Part shown: one piece after another, positions 8,811 through 19,025 of the stretch | Layout of the letters: every line of letters begins with the position of its first letter | Numbering within the stretch: position 1 is the first letter of the stretch | Source of the DNA: Amphiscolops sp. MND2022 | Taxonomy: Eukaryota | Length of the DNA stretch: 60,000 nucleotides | Assembly (NCBI GenBank): GCA_964187785.1 | Contig: OZ076409.1 | Span: 86,368,001-86,428,000, forward strand | Direction: 5' to 3' | Made by a program: the position numbers and the translations under genes | Notes under the pieces: model-generated | Seen by the model: the letters and a program-made list of their open reading frames with translations, nothing else | What the model was told of the DNA's origin: nothing | Database searches by the model: none

Positions 8811-9772
8811 ACAAGTTAATTTCCACCAAAAACCGCGTCTTTATGTCCATGGTTGGACCTAGTGAATCTGGTAAAACTCAGTTGATTTACGAGTGGTTAA
8901 CTAATGGAACATTTCAACCCAAATTTGACAAGATTTATTCCTTTTACCAGTATTATCAATCACTATACGACAAGATGCAAAAAGAAATTGATTGTATCGA
9001 GTTTGTCAAGAGAGTGAATTTTGAGTTGATTGATTCATTGAAAAACAACGGAACAAAGTATCTCCTCATTTTTGACGATTCTTGTGAGGAAGTGTGCAGT
9101 TCCAAAGAATTTGTCAAAATTGCTACTGCTGGAAGACACCGTGGACTTAGTACTATATACACTAAACACAACTTGTTCCACAAGAGCACGCTCGGACGCG
9201 ATATAGAGCTACAAACTACACACATTGCATTGTTCAAATCGCCCCGGGATGTTATGCAAATAAATACACTCAGTATTCAACTAGGACTAGGTTCCTCTCT
9301 CGTGGATTGGTACAGAGATGCAACGTCTGTTCCTTTTGGTCATTTGCTCATTGATTTATCGCCGCGAACAGACGATAGATTACGTTACTGCACAAACAGT
9401 GGAAAGACTCCATCGCGGAATCAGTTGATTGTTGCTGCCGACAACTTTACAAAGGAGGAAAATTTGCCCTACATCAATGTTGTTGGGCTGTCAAGAGACA
9501 TCGACGAACAACTAAAGCACGTTCACAAAGTGATTGAGATTGCAGAGGGGACCAAGCGCAAAGTGTGCGTTACATTGCTGCGCTGCAAAGAGGACAATCC
9601 CGAAACATCCTACGCGCAGATACGACTCTTTACACGCAGGACGGAGGAAGAAAATTCTCAACAACTTGTCTATGTGAACTATAAAATTGATGAACTTATA
9701 TATTTACTAAATGTAATGAATTCTGTTTGTGATCAAGTACTTGATAACAAACCACTTTGTAATATTGTTTGA
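8807..9772 (+). CDS. Chimeric ORF at the duplication junction: packaging ATPase (first ~203 aa) fused in frame to the C-terminal PC4-like part of the 6519 protein
   Basis: GPSESGKT, LLIFDD and GRHRG, then ...SGKTPS|RNQLIVAADNF... which matches ORF 6519-7097. Confidence 0.85.
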   Translation: MNKLISTKNRVFMSMVGPSESGKTQLIYEWLTNGTFQPKFDKIYSFYQYYQSLYDKMQKEIDCIEFVKRVNFELIDSLKNNGTKYLLIFDDSCEEVCSSKEFVKIATAGRHRGLSTIYTKHNLFHKSTLGRDIELQTTHIALFKSPRDVMQINTLSIQLGLGSSLVDWYRDATSVPFGHLLIDLSPRTDDRLRYCTNSGKTPSRNQLIVAADNFTKEENLPYINVVGLSRDIDEQLKHVHKVIEIAEGTKRKVCVTLLRCKEDNPETSYAQIRLFTRRTEEENSQQLVYVNYKIDELIYLLNVMNSVCDQVLDNKPLCNIV

Positions 9773-9827
9773 ATAAAATGCAAATTCTTTTTCATACAAC
9801 TTTCATTTTTCATTCAACCTAGTAAGA

Positions 9828-10241
9828 ATGAGTTGGAACATTGGGGAAAATAGAAACTTGTTTCTCAGAATAAAAACAAAATTGGGACTTTATCATGTTG
9901 TCCTTACAACACCGAAACCATCTCCCACATAAATTACTCTAACAATAGCCGAATTGCAACAATTACCAGAGCTCGAACAATGCGAGGACGAAATTTCTTG
10001 CCTTAAATGGACAATTTACAATGGTAGACGTAAAATTTGCGTAGGATTTCAAACTGATACAGACAAAGAAGACATTGTAGTGTATCGTTATCGCAATAAT
10101 ACGTACCTCAAGGATACTGAAATTGAATTAAAGCTGACAGAGTACAAGACACTACTTGCTAAACGATTGTATCTTTTAAGCTACTTGGATACATTCTATA
10201 AGCGATGCATCGTATTGGATGAATCCACAATTCATAATTGA
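9828..10241 (+). pseudogene. Duplicate of 7153-7566 with a premature stop
   Basis: AAA>TAA change at about 9930. Confidence 0.8.
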
Positions 10242-10662
10242 GTTGTTTCTTACCCGAATGGACGTACTGTTTCTAGTCAACGTATTTCGCTTTTACTCTG
10301 GATTGAAAATTCGCTTTACAGAGAATACTATACGTAAAAACTTGTTTCTTTGTGTATGTCATTGCTTGGACGAGAACATTTCACTCCACGAAATGGACCA
10401 AGAATTTCCTTTTGGAGGATTGATTGGTTATGGAGACTCTCACTTGGACAACATTTTCCGTTTTTCCAAAGTGTTTAGACTACATGCAATACTACATGAC
10501 GCTGCCGGCGCTGTTTATTTACACAACGGCAAAGGTCCAGGATACTGTTATATGATTGGACGAGGTCCAAACTCGTGTTTATTGGGTCACGTGACTGGAC
10601 TTTTGTATTGTCTCTACTTGAAATTGTTTGTTCCCTCCATTTTCAATTTAGTAGACTTTTAG
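10219..10662 (+). CDS. Duplicate of the HD-dyad protein (copy 2)
   Basis: Identical to 7544-7987 except K>E. Confidence 0.4.
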   Translation: MNPQFIIELFLTRMDVLFLVNVFRFYSGLKIRFTENTIRKNLFLCVCHCLDENISLHEMDQEFPFGGLIGYGDSHLDNIFRFSKVFRLHAILHDAAGAVYLHNGKGPGYCYMIGRGPNSCLLGHVTGLLYCLYLKLFVPSIFNLVDF

Positions 10663-10664
10663 TC

Positions 10665-11127
10665 ATGTCGCTTATAGTGTTGGATATTGAACTTGCGGAA
10701 AAGAATGTAGTCAAGGAATTGGGTGTTTATATTGACGGACAAGTGTTTGGATATTCCTTTAAACCGCCCAAAAATTATCAACCAACACATCAAACACTCA
10801 TCAAACACACATCAAACCCAAAACTTGCACAAAATTGATTGGAAAAGTGTCTCACTAGACTATAGCCGTATCAACACCATGTTGGCTGAATTGCGACAAT
10901 ACAGAGCCGAGTACTTTGCAAAAGGATTGGAAAAGTGTAAATTTTTGAGTACATTACTGGGTAAGGAAGTGGAAAACTTGGATGACTATGGTTGCCCCAA
11001 GATTCAACATTTAAACACTGACTGGCTGTGCACTAGCTATCCCTACACACACAAGACAATTCTACACTGTGCTGAGCGGAAAGCAAAAGCGTTTGGAGAA
11101 TGGACTGTGCAACATTTCATTTTGTAA
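10665..11127 (+). pseudogene. Duplicate exonuclease-like gene, frameshifted
   Basis: TGGTGT replaced by locally templated ATCAAACACACATCAA at about 10800 (net +10 bp). Confidence 0.8.
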
Positions 11128-11240
11128 ATTTATTGTACGTCTTTGTATTACTCATTCATACTAATTTAATTTTTTTGTTCAACCAAAAATTTTTCTACAG
11201 GAGATTCATTCTTAAATATACACTCACGCTAGCAAGCTAG

Positions 11241-11495
11241 ATGACTGAGACCAACTTGAACTTGGAAAAAATTGTTTTTGACGGAAATAACAGTGAACGA
11301 AAATCGTGGACGTGCGTGGGACAAACTTGCTCTAGATCACTAATTGTGTTCTTGTCCCAGTTTTTCATCATTTTGCTGATAATTTTGGGGAGCTTTTGGA
11401 GAATTCATTTGGCAACAAGTTGTGAAGAATCTACAGTGTGGGTTGGAATTTTATGTAGCGCTGCAGGAGTCATTGTTCCAACACCGAGACTATGA
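11241..11495 (+). CDS. Two-transmembrane small protein (copy 2)
   Basis: Translation identical to 8556-8810. Confidence 0.7.
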   Translation: MTETNLNLEKIVFDGNNSERKSWTCVGQTCSRSLIVFLSQFFIILLIILGSFWRIHLATSCEESTVWVGILCSAAGVIVPTPRL

Positions 11496-12322
11496 ACAAG
11501 TTAATTTCCACCAAAAACCGCGTCTTTATGTCCATGGTTGGACCTAGTGAATCTGGTAAAACTCAGTTGATTTACGAGTGGTTAACTAATGGAACATTTC
11601 AACCCAAATTTGACAAGATTTATTCCTTTTACCAGTATTATCAATCACTATACGACAAGATGCAAAAAGAAATTGATTGTATCGAGTTTGTCAAGAGAGT
11701 GAATTTTGAGTTGATTGATTCATTGAAAAACAACGGAACAAAGTATCTCCTCATTTTTGACGATTCTTGTGAGGAAGTGTGCAGTTCCAAAGAATTTGTC
11801 AAAATTGCTACTGCTGGAAGACACCGTGGACTTAGTACTATATACACTAAACACAACTTGTTCCACAAGAGCACGCTCGGACGCGATATAGAGCTACAAA
11901 CTACACACATTGCATTGTTCAAATCGCCCCGGGATGTTATGCAAATAAATACACTCAGTATTCAACTAGGACTAGGTTCCTCTCTCGTGGATTGGTACAG
12001 AGATGCAACGTCTGTTCCTTTTGGTCAATTGCTCATTGATTTATCGCCGCGAACAGACGATAGATTACGTTACTGCACAAACAGTGGAAAGACTCCATCA
12101 AAATTTTACGTGCCAGAGAGTTTGAAGCATTTGACAATTTTGGACGATGAGCACACAAAATCTCTCTATTCTCCACGCGTTCCAATCATTTTCCCGCAAG
12201 TGCAAAATTCAATTTCTCCAATCGTGTCCAAAAGAATTTATTCGGTTCCTAAGCGAGTGCATAGTAAACATACTCAAAGGAAACTTGCAAAACGTAAAAA
12301 GACATCACGTTATCAAATATAA
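11492..12322 (+). CDS. FtsK/A32-like DNA packaging ATPase (full length)
   Basis: Walker A GPSESGKT, Walker B LLIFDD, GRHRG arginine motif, HNLF and LLIDL. Confidence 0.93.
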   Translation: MNKLISTKNRVFMSMVGPSESGKTQLIYEWLTNGTFQPKFDKIYSFYQYYQSLYDKMQKEIDCIEFVKRVNFELIDSLKNNGTKYLLIFDDSCEEVCSSKEFVKIATAGRHRGLSTIYTKHNLFHKSTLGRDIELQTTHIALFKSPRDVMQINTLSIQLGLGSSLVDWYRDATSVPFGQLLIDLSPRTDDRLRYCTNSGKTPSKFYVPESLKHLTILDDEHTKSLYSPRVPIIFPQVQNSISPIVSKRIYSVPKRVHSKHTQRKLAKRKKTSRYQI

Positions 12323-12449
12323 ACGAGAGTTGCACTTACTCTCTTTAACGCGAACTAATTGGAAGCAGAGACGAGATCTCTTGACGTCAGAGAGAGGTTT
12401 ACAACTGGTTGATACCATTACCCCATTTGTCATTAATCACTTGTCTTGA
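12147..12449 (+). CDS. Conserved small Polinton protein overlapping the ATPase C-terminus
   Basis: FLQSCPKEFIRFLSECIVNILKGNL matches a motif I recall from Maverick small ORFs near the ATPase. Confidence 0.6.
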   Translation: MSTQNLSILHAFQSFSRKCKIQFLQSCPKEFIRFLSECIVNILKGNLQNVKRHHVIKYKRELHLLSLTRTNWKQRRDLLTSERGLQLVDTITPFVINHLS

Positions 12450-12450
12450 T

Positions 12451-12864
12451 ATGGAACAGTTTGTTCTTGTACCTGCTTCACTTTTCAACAAGCTAAACAC
12501 AACAAAGTCCACGACGTTAAAAGTGGACCTACCCAAATATCAACCTCAACAAACTCCTACGTCCCAAGTTGATTCGCTGAAAAAGGATATAAACAAAAAG
12601 TTGTTTCCCAAGGCAGATTCATTGGTTGATAAACTTTTAGCATCCCCACGTATAAAGTTGTCTCTCTCTAACACTATCGTGCTAGACGGTACAGATAATG
12701 GAGTACTGTTGCAAGATTTTGCTCAACATTTGCGTAGAAAAAATGCTGACGTACCCGACATTTACTTTACTTTACTGGACGCAGCCGACATTTCTCCTAG
12801 TATAGTCCTCAATCAGAATGCCAAAGCAAAAGAGAGAGGAAACTGGATCCCTTTCAAAATCTGA
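12451..12864 (+). CDS. Hypothetical Polinton protein upstream of the integrase
   Basis: MEQFVLVP...GNWIPFKI, tightly packed between neighbouring genes. Confidence 0.6.
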   Translation: MEQFVLVPASLFNKLNTTKSTTLKVDLPKYQPQQTPTSQVDSLKKDINKKLFPKADSLVDKLLASPRIKLSLSNTIVLDGTDNGVLLQDFAQHLRRKNADVPDIYFTLLDAADISPSIVLNQNAKAKERGNWIPFKI

Positions 12865-13752
12865 GCGACAAAAGCTTCAAAGACTATATACACATGGTCC
12901 TGCAGCATATGGCTCTGTGCGAAATCTGGCAAAAACTAGCAAGCTACCCGTTTCCAAGGTTAGACAGTTTTTACATTCAAAAGGCTCTTATACAAAATTT
13001 ACACTTGCAACACGCAAGATTAAACGTATGAGAGCGTTTGCTAGATACAAGAATGAAATTTGGTGCATGGACTTGGCATATGTTGATAAACTGGCAAAGG
13101 ATAACAGGAATAAAGTACTTGCTAGTTCGCCAGGACGTGTTTGACAAAACAATAGACGTGAGAGGATTGGAAACAAAGGACTCTAAGGAGGCACTTAGAG
13201 CCTTTACGCAAATGATTACAAAGCGGAAAAGACCACAAAAGATTTGGGTTGACAAGGGAAAAGAATTTGCTGGTGAATTTAAAAAGTTTTGCGACAGAGA
13301 AGGAATACAGATTTATTCAACAATGAGTGAAACAAAGGCAGCATTCGCCGAGAGCTATTCGTTCATTGAAAAATGTTTTGTATCGCTATATTGAAGACTA
13401 TGGATACAAGTATATTCACAAGTTGCCTCAATTTGTTACAACGCTGAATACGAGAAGGAATAGATCAATAGATATGAAGCCGAGCAATGTTAAAAACTCT
13501 GACTTTATGTCTGTGCTATACAGTAAACCAATCAGAGACTTTAACAAACCAAAGTTCCACGTTGGACACCGCGTCCGAATTTCCAAGCAAGATTTACCGT
13601 TCAGAAAAGGATACAAGCCGCAATTTACAAACGAAATTTTTAAAATTGTTGCACTTGCTACACGCAAACCGCCCACATACAATATACAAGATGAACAAGG
13701 CGAAGTTATCAAAGGCAAGTTTTATGAAAAGGAGTTGATTAGAGTCATTTAG
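12818..13752 (+). pseudogene. Retroviral-like (rve) integrase with two frameshifts
   Basis: YTHGPAAYGS, WCMDLA, YLLVRQDVF, IWVDKGKEF, KAAFAE, FRKGYKPQFTNEIF and GKFYEKEL, spread over three overlapping ORFs. Confidence 0.93.
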
Positions 13753-13754
13753 TT

Positions 13755-14558
13755 ATGGATTCCTTTACAATAGAGTTGGTCTCTAATGCGTCATCTGAAC
13801 TGTTTCCTGACAATACACTTAGTTCATTTACAAACTTTTTGCCAGATCAAGTCAATTTGGAAGGGCAATGGGAGGTTGCAATTTCGGAAATTTCCTACCC
13901 TTCAATGTACCAGAATGTTACAGATGGGAAACTTTTATTTTATGACGCAATCTACTCCAAAACGACAACAGCCTATTACTTGGAACCTGGGCTGTATTCA
14001 TCCGTACCCGACATTGTTGAAGCAATGAATTTGCTTATACAAGAGAGAAACAATCACAATGAAAATTGCATTACTGTTAAAGTATCTCGTCGCACACAAA
14101 AAATTGAACTTTCACTCATTAGTGACGACTCTAGCCTAGTCATTTTCAGTACAGACTTGGGAAATATATTTGGTGGCGATGTTGGAGACGACAAAGGGAT
14201 TTTGATGCGAAGTAAAGGACCTCATGAGCCAAAGTTTGCGTACGATATTGTTCGTATTCATTCGCTAATGATTTACACTGATATTGTGGAGTACAACATT
14301 GTTGGAGACACAAAAGCACCCCTGTTGCGTTGCTTCCCTTTCATTTCCAAGCTGAAATCCAGAGACGTAATCACTACCGGACAATACATGAATTACCAAA
14401 CTTTTAGTAACCTTCAATTTCGTCGCCTACTGAAAAATTCCTTTCATAGTATACATATTGATCTGAGGGACACCTCGGGTGAAAAGATTCCATTTGTCTC
14501 TGTTGGAATCACACGTCTTGTGCTAATGTTCAGAAAAGTTTCTGACATTCATTACTAA
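13755..14558 (+). CDS. Minor capsid protein (penton-like)
   Basis: FTIELVSNAS..FPDNTLSSFTNFLP..LEGQWEVAISEISYP...IYTDIVEYNIVGDTKAPLLR...IHIDLRDTSGEKIPF. Confidence 0.88.
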   Translation: MDSFTIELVSNASSELFPDNTLSSFTNFLPDQVNLEGQWEVAISEISYPSMYQNVTDGKLLFYDAIYSKTTTAYYLEPGLYSSVPDIVEAMNLLIQERNNHNENCITVKVSRRTQKIELSLISDDSSLVIFSTDLGNIFGGDVGDDKGILMRSKGPHEPKFAYDIVRIHSLMIYTDIVEYNIVGDTKAPLLRCFPFISKLKSRDVITTGQYMNYQTFSNLQFRRLLKNSFHSIHIDLRDTSGEKIPFVSVGITRLVLMFRKVSDIHY

Positions 14559-14576
14559 CAATAAACACTGTGCGAA

Positions 14577-14936
14577 ATGGTTGCCTCAAGAGAACTTGAA
14601 CTACCGTATTATAGAGGAGTAACAAGACAACGCGGAAGAGGATTTGGAGCACTTGCTCAAGTTATTGGGAGAACCGCAGTTCCTTTTGTTAAAAAATTTA
14701 TCGTCCCAGCTGCACGAAGAGTTGGAGCTGACTTGTTGGAGTATGCTGTACCTGAAATGGCAGAAGTAATTAGTGGAAAGAAAAATTTAAAATCGGCTGT
14801 AACAAGTGTTGGCAAAAAGACGTTGAGAAAACAACTAGGTGGCGGTAGCAAGAGAACGCGCAGATTCATTCCTACAAAATCCACCAACATAAACAGTCGC
14901 TCGCGCAGAGACATTTTCACAAACATTTCACGCTAA
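14577..14936 (+). CDS. Basic virion core protein (pVII/pX-like) with adenain-type cleavage motifs
   Basis: Arg/Lys-rich, with RQRGRGFG and KQLGGG motifs. Located between the capsid genes. Confidence 0.75.
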   Translation: MVASRELELPYYRGVTRQRGRGFGALAQVIGRTAVPFVKKFIVPAARRVGADLLEYAVPEMAEVISGKKNLKSAVTSVGKKTLRKQLGGGSKRTRRFIPTKSTNINSRSRRDIFTNISR

Positions 14937-14938
14937 AC

Positions 14939-16282
14939 ATGAATGCACAAAGTAATTTTCGGTACCAACCTTTTGTGGCCGTTTCTGGCAGTGTTGGCGG
15001 TAAAGTCCCAGTTGTCGATGACGTACTTTCGTCGCTTGAACAACAAATTTATCCTACAACGTCATTGGATGAAAACAGTATCGAGTTTGAATTTCAAACT
15101 GATCGCAACAATTACACTGATTTGCGTCAAACTTATTTGTCTTTGGTACTCAAATTGGTGAAGCATCGTGGATTTGATTCGTACAAAAAAGAAGACAAAA
15201 AGGAACACAATGAAGGAGAAGATAAAAAGTCTGATGCCGCCGACGACAACGAGGTTCCCTTAATTACCCATGTGAACAACATTATGCACTCCATTCTCTC
15301 CAATGTGGAAGTTTATATAAACAATCAGCAAATTTACAATTCAAATGGACTTTATGCTCATAAATCTTACATTTCCAACAATTTTAAAGGAGCCATTTCT
15401 GAGTACAAGGGAGTGCTACTTTGTGAAGGTTATGACTTTGAAGCAAATCCAGAAGACGCTATGGATAACCCCTTGGAGGATCCATTCTTTTCAAGGAGAA
15501 TGAAAATGTTCTCCAGACCTGACGGATTTATGCTGTATGGTAAATTGGGTGTTGATTTTTTCACCACTTCAGAGCTATTGTACCCAAACATGAAAGTTAG
15601 AATACGACTAATTAGAGCTCGACCCAATTTTTACATGATTAGTGACAATCCTAACGTTAGCCTTGGAATTGTAGATTGTTCGCTTTATAATCGGCGTATT
15701 ACACTCAAAGACGATTATCACAAGAAGCGAATGGATATGCTAGCATACAGTCCAGTAGAATATAACTACTTGGAAACACTTGCCAAGACTTTTATCATTC
15801 CCGCCCGACAGAATCAATTTATACAAGAAAACATTTTCAACAATGCACCGATCCGACGTATCGCCATAGCAATGAATACAAATTCTGCCTTTACGGGTTC
15901 CTTCACTGAAAATCCATACTGGTATCAACAGTTTGGATTGAGGCACATTAGAATACTACGCGGCGGTCAGTCTGTTGTTGACTATGACACGTCCGATAAT
16001 TGCCGTCTCTATGTTACAACAATGAGAGCAATGAACTTTCATGACGATTTACCGTCAATCCCGATTGACAATTTCAAGGATCACTATGTGCTCGTGTTTG
16101 ATTTGACATTAATGCAAGACGCTACTGAACATTGCCACTATCCGGAATTGATTGGCGAACCATTGCGGCTGGAACTCAAGTTTAATGAAGCGCTTGAAAG
16201 TGTAACAGAAGTCATTATATTGGGTGAACGAATGTCGTCGGTTGCAGTTGACAAGTTTGGCGTTGTCGGTAAAAATACCTAA
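14939..16282 (+). CDS. Major capsid protein (double jelly-roll, hexon-like)
   Basis: 447-aa intact ORF: IYPTTSL..IEFEF..YTDLRQTYL, VNNIMHSILSNVEVYIN, IRRIAIAM..AFTGSFTENPY, VLVFDLT. Confidence 0.92.
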   Translation: MNAQSNFRYQPFVAVSGSVGGKVPVVDDVLSSLEQQIYPTTSLDENSIEFEFQTDRNNYTDLRQTYLSLVLKLVKHRGFDSYKKEDKKEHNEGEDKKSDAADDNEVPLITHVNNIMHSILSNVEVYINNQQIYNSNGLYAHKSYISNNFKGAISEYKGVLLCEGYDFEANPEDAMDNPLEDPFFSRRMKMFSRPDGFMLYGKLGVDFFTTSELLYPNMKVRIRLIRARPNFYMISDNPNVSLGIVDCSLYNRRITLKDDYHKKRMDMLAYSPVEYNYLETLAKTFIIPARQNQFIQENIFNNAPIRRIAIAMNTNSAFTGSFTENPYWYQQFGLRHIRILRGGQSVVDYDTSDNCRLYVTTMRAMNFHDDLPSIPIDNFKDHYVLVFDLTLMQDATEHCHYPELIGEPLRLELKFNEALESVTEVIILGERMSSVAVDKFGVVGKNT

Positions 16283-16283
16283 T

Positions 16284-16673
16284 ATGGATGACATTGCATT
16301 GCGACAGATTATTGATCGTATTCCTCTCCTCAAGTATCGGTACATCGGTTCATTTCCCTCTGATCGTGTCCCTAATCTGCCAAATGATACATTTGCTATT
16401 GTCAATACTGAACCAAGTTACATGTCTGGCGAGCACTGGGTAATAATTGCCAAATTTAAACAGCAATTGTATTTTGCAGACTCTCTCGGTGGATCATGCA
16501 ATTTTCTCAAGCAAGACTACCAAACGATGGTTCCAGTAAAGTTGCAGTCACATCCCAGCGTGTGCGGATTCTATGCCATATATTCAGCTTTTCATCTCTT
16601 CAAGTTCCAGCAAGAGCAACTTACAGGAGTTCACGATGTTAACGTACTCTCTTTTATTAGTAATTATATGTAA
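16284..16673 (+). CDS. Adenain-like cysteine protease
   Basis: IVNT...GEHWV (His), YFADSLG (Asp), LQS..SVCGFYA (Gln/Cys). Confidence 0.92.
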   Translation: MDDIALRQIIDRIPLLKYRYIGSFPSDRVPNLPNDTFAIVNTEPSYMSGEHWVIIAKFKQQLYFADSLGGSCNFLKQDYQTMVPVKLQSHPSVCGFYAIYSAFHLFKFQQEQLTGVHDVNVLSFISNYM

Positions 16674-16799
16674 CTCATGCTTATTGTAAAGTGCAGTTCA
16701 TACATGTGATTGTAGTACATTTATACATTATAATTTAAAGTTTTTCTTTTTAAACATGATTTCTCCTCTACACAGTAGTCAAGTAATGAGCTAAACCTT

Positions 16800-17321
16800 C
16801 ATGGCGGATAAATTATTCCGCAGGCAGATAAAATATTACGGTGGCGGATAAAATATTCCGCAGGCGGATAAAATATTGCGGGGGCGGGTAAAATTATTCC
16901 CGCCGGCGGTCGTGGCCACCAAAAAAATCATTTTTTACCCAAAGTCTCACAGTGCCGAAAATGTCGCACAGTGCCGAAAATGTCGCACAGTGCCGAAAAC
17001 CCTATACCCTATCTTAAAACATTGCCGAAGCTATTACCTATCTTTATACATTGAGCACATCTTTATACATTGACAATCATGCTCATACCTTTGAGTCAAG
17101 TCGTCAGCCAATCAGAATCGAGCACGACTCGAGTCGGCAGCACGACTCGAGTCGTCAGCCAATCAGAATCGAGCACGATACGAAAAAAATCAAACCCTAC
17201 CGAGTCGTGAGGGGCGGAGGTCCCTTCTCGGCTCTCGGCTCGAGTCGGCTCGCTATAGCCTATCTTAAAACATAGGGACCTCCACCCCCCCCCCACCTGA
17301 TCAGCTCCTACATATACTACT
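16800..17321. repeat. Polinton right terminal region (probable TIR) with internal tandem repeats
   Basis: About 21-bp GGCGGATAAAATATT repeats (16802-16900), 19-bp GTCGCACAGTGCCGAAAAT x3 (16945-16999), duplicated GTCGTCAGCCAATCAGAATCGAGCACGA (17100, 17151), terminal ACTACT. The partner TIR is not in the window. Confidence 0.75.
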
Positions 17322-18429
17322 CTTCTGCCATCGAAGACTTTTTGTTTCAAAAACGAAATATGTCATGATGGACGAAAGAGTAAAGAAAGAGTGACAGTGT
17401 TATTGTGCACGAACATGGACGGTTCTGAAAAACATCCACGGTTAATTGTGGGAAAATTTGAAAATCCAAGATGCTTCAAAAACGTGTCGATACCACCGTG
17501 TCCATATTTTCGCATCAAAAAACGCATGGATGACCACTCAAATTTTTTCTACATTCTTAAGTAAGTGGAATGCAAGACTTCAGATAAACGCAAAGTTTGT
17601 CTGATTATGGATAACTGCAGTGCGCATAAAACTCAAACTTTCGAGAAAATTGAATTTCTGTTTCTGCCGCCTAACACAACATCAGTGACCCAACCATTGG
17701 ATTGTGGCGTTATTAACTGCTGCAAAAAGCATTACAGGCAAAAATTATTGGAAAAATATGTCCATCTCATCGACACAACGGATTGTAATGAACAAATGTC
17801 GCTCCTGGATGCAATCCGGTTGATGAAAGACGCCTGGAACCGCGTTAGTCAAGGAACCATCACGAACTGCTTCCGGATGTCGGGCACTTTCAAAGAAGCC
17901 TGTATTGAAGGCGAAGGTGGAGCAACCGATGAGCCGCTTGATATTTTCATTGTGGAGGAGAATGTACTTCCTGCACTAGACCATATCAAAGAGCGCTTGA
18001 CCGACTATTTCCGGTGTGATGAGCAACTGGCAACTTCCGAACAATTGACCGACACTGATATTCTGGACCAAGTTCAGGCTTCACGGGTGTCAAACCAAGA
18101 AAATGTGAATATCGAATCGGATGATGACCAAGGCGAAGAAATGGCACTTGTAACAAAAAATCAAGCCTTACAGGCATTGAGAGTTATCGAAATTTATAGT
18201 TTGCAGACTGCTAAAATTGAGGATGCTTCTGAATCAATAAATAACTTGGAGAAAATTCTGAAAAGTTCGGGTAAAGTGCAAACCCAATCGTTGCTCGTCA
18301 TTTTTCAATTCCAATTGAAGTTGCATCTCTAACAAAGTGTTTTCTTTGTACTATTGATATAAGAGACAACGGATATAGTAGACAAGAATACCCGGTCCCG
18401 AGGCGTCCCATATAAGCCGGCTTCCACTG
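17322..18429 (+). mobile_element. Tigger/pogo (DDE_1, CENP-B-like) DNA transposon, 3' half, interrupted by the Polinton
   Basis: LLPSKTF..GRKSKERVTVLLCTNMDGSEK, AWMT, LIMDNCSAH, FLPPNTTSVTQPLDCGVI. Ends ...CTTCCACTG followed by TA. Confidence 0.9.
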
Positions 18430-18749
18430 TATAAAAAATAAAACCGACTCAGTGCTTCAATTGCGTGATTGATTAACGACCACTTGGAATACCAGCTACA
18501 GCAGCTCCTAGCGAACGACATTTGGCCGATTCAGGCAACATTATCACTACGCGAAGAGAATCTCTGAGCCCAGAAACTTTCTGCAGCCTTGTTTTTTTTA
18601 AGAAATTGCTTTGAGTAAATTGTTCAAAAATGAAGGTAAAATTTACTGATTCACACGTTTTTTTAAAATAAAAAACCGACCGATAACCGACCGATTTTTT
18701 AAATAACCGACTGAACTCAAAAAGATTGCACAATAATTGCACAGCCCTA
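18430..18749 (+). mobile_element. hAT element 3' remnant
   Basis: Translates IPATAAPSERHLADSGNIITTRRESLSPETF (hAT dimerisation domain). Ends TGCACAGCCCTA, a hAT-type TIR. Confidence 0.75.
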
Positions 18750-19025
18750 AATTCAACAAAATTAGGACTAAATAGCCAAAATTAGTTTAGGTTGAAATTG
18801 CGGAAAGTTGACAATGCAACATGTTGAAATTGTGAGCGGTTGAAATGGCAGCGGTTTAAATTGCATAAGACGAAAGAAATGTCATGTAACTGCTCCTGAT
18901 ACATTTCTCGAATGATGATTCTGGAATGTCGGTACGTCATTTCAAATGTGCTTCATATATACTTTTTAAACTGCACTATTTTCTTTGTTGAACGTTGTAA
19001 TAGTGGTTAACATACTGGTCCATAC

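Larger units (their letters stand above)
6740..12099 (+). repeat. Direct tandem duplication: unit 1 = 6740-9414, unit 2 = 9415-12099
   Basis: GCGGAATCAGTTGATTG starts both units and GGAAAGACTCCATC ends both. ORF translations are nearly identical. Unit 2 is 10 bp longer. Confidence 0.97.
1..17321. mobile_element. Polinton/Maverick (adintovirus-like endogenous virus), right-hand part; left end lies outside the window
   Basis: Full hallmark gene set (pPolB, ATPase, rve integrase, minor and major capsid, adenain). Ends in ...CATATACTACT at 17321, whose reverse complement begins AGTAGT, the typical Polinton terminus. Pogo transposase coding sequence starts immediately after. Confidence 0.96.
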
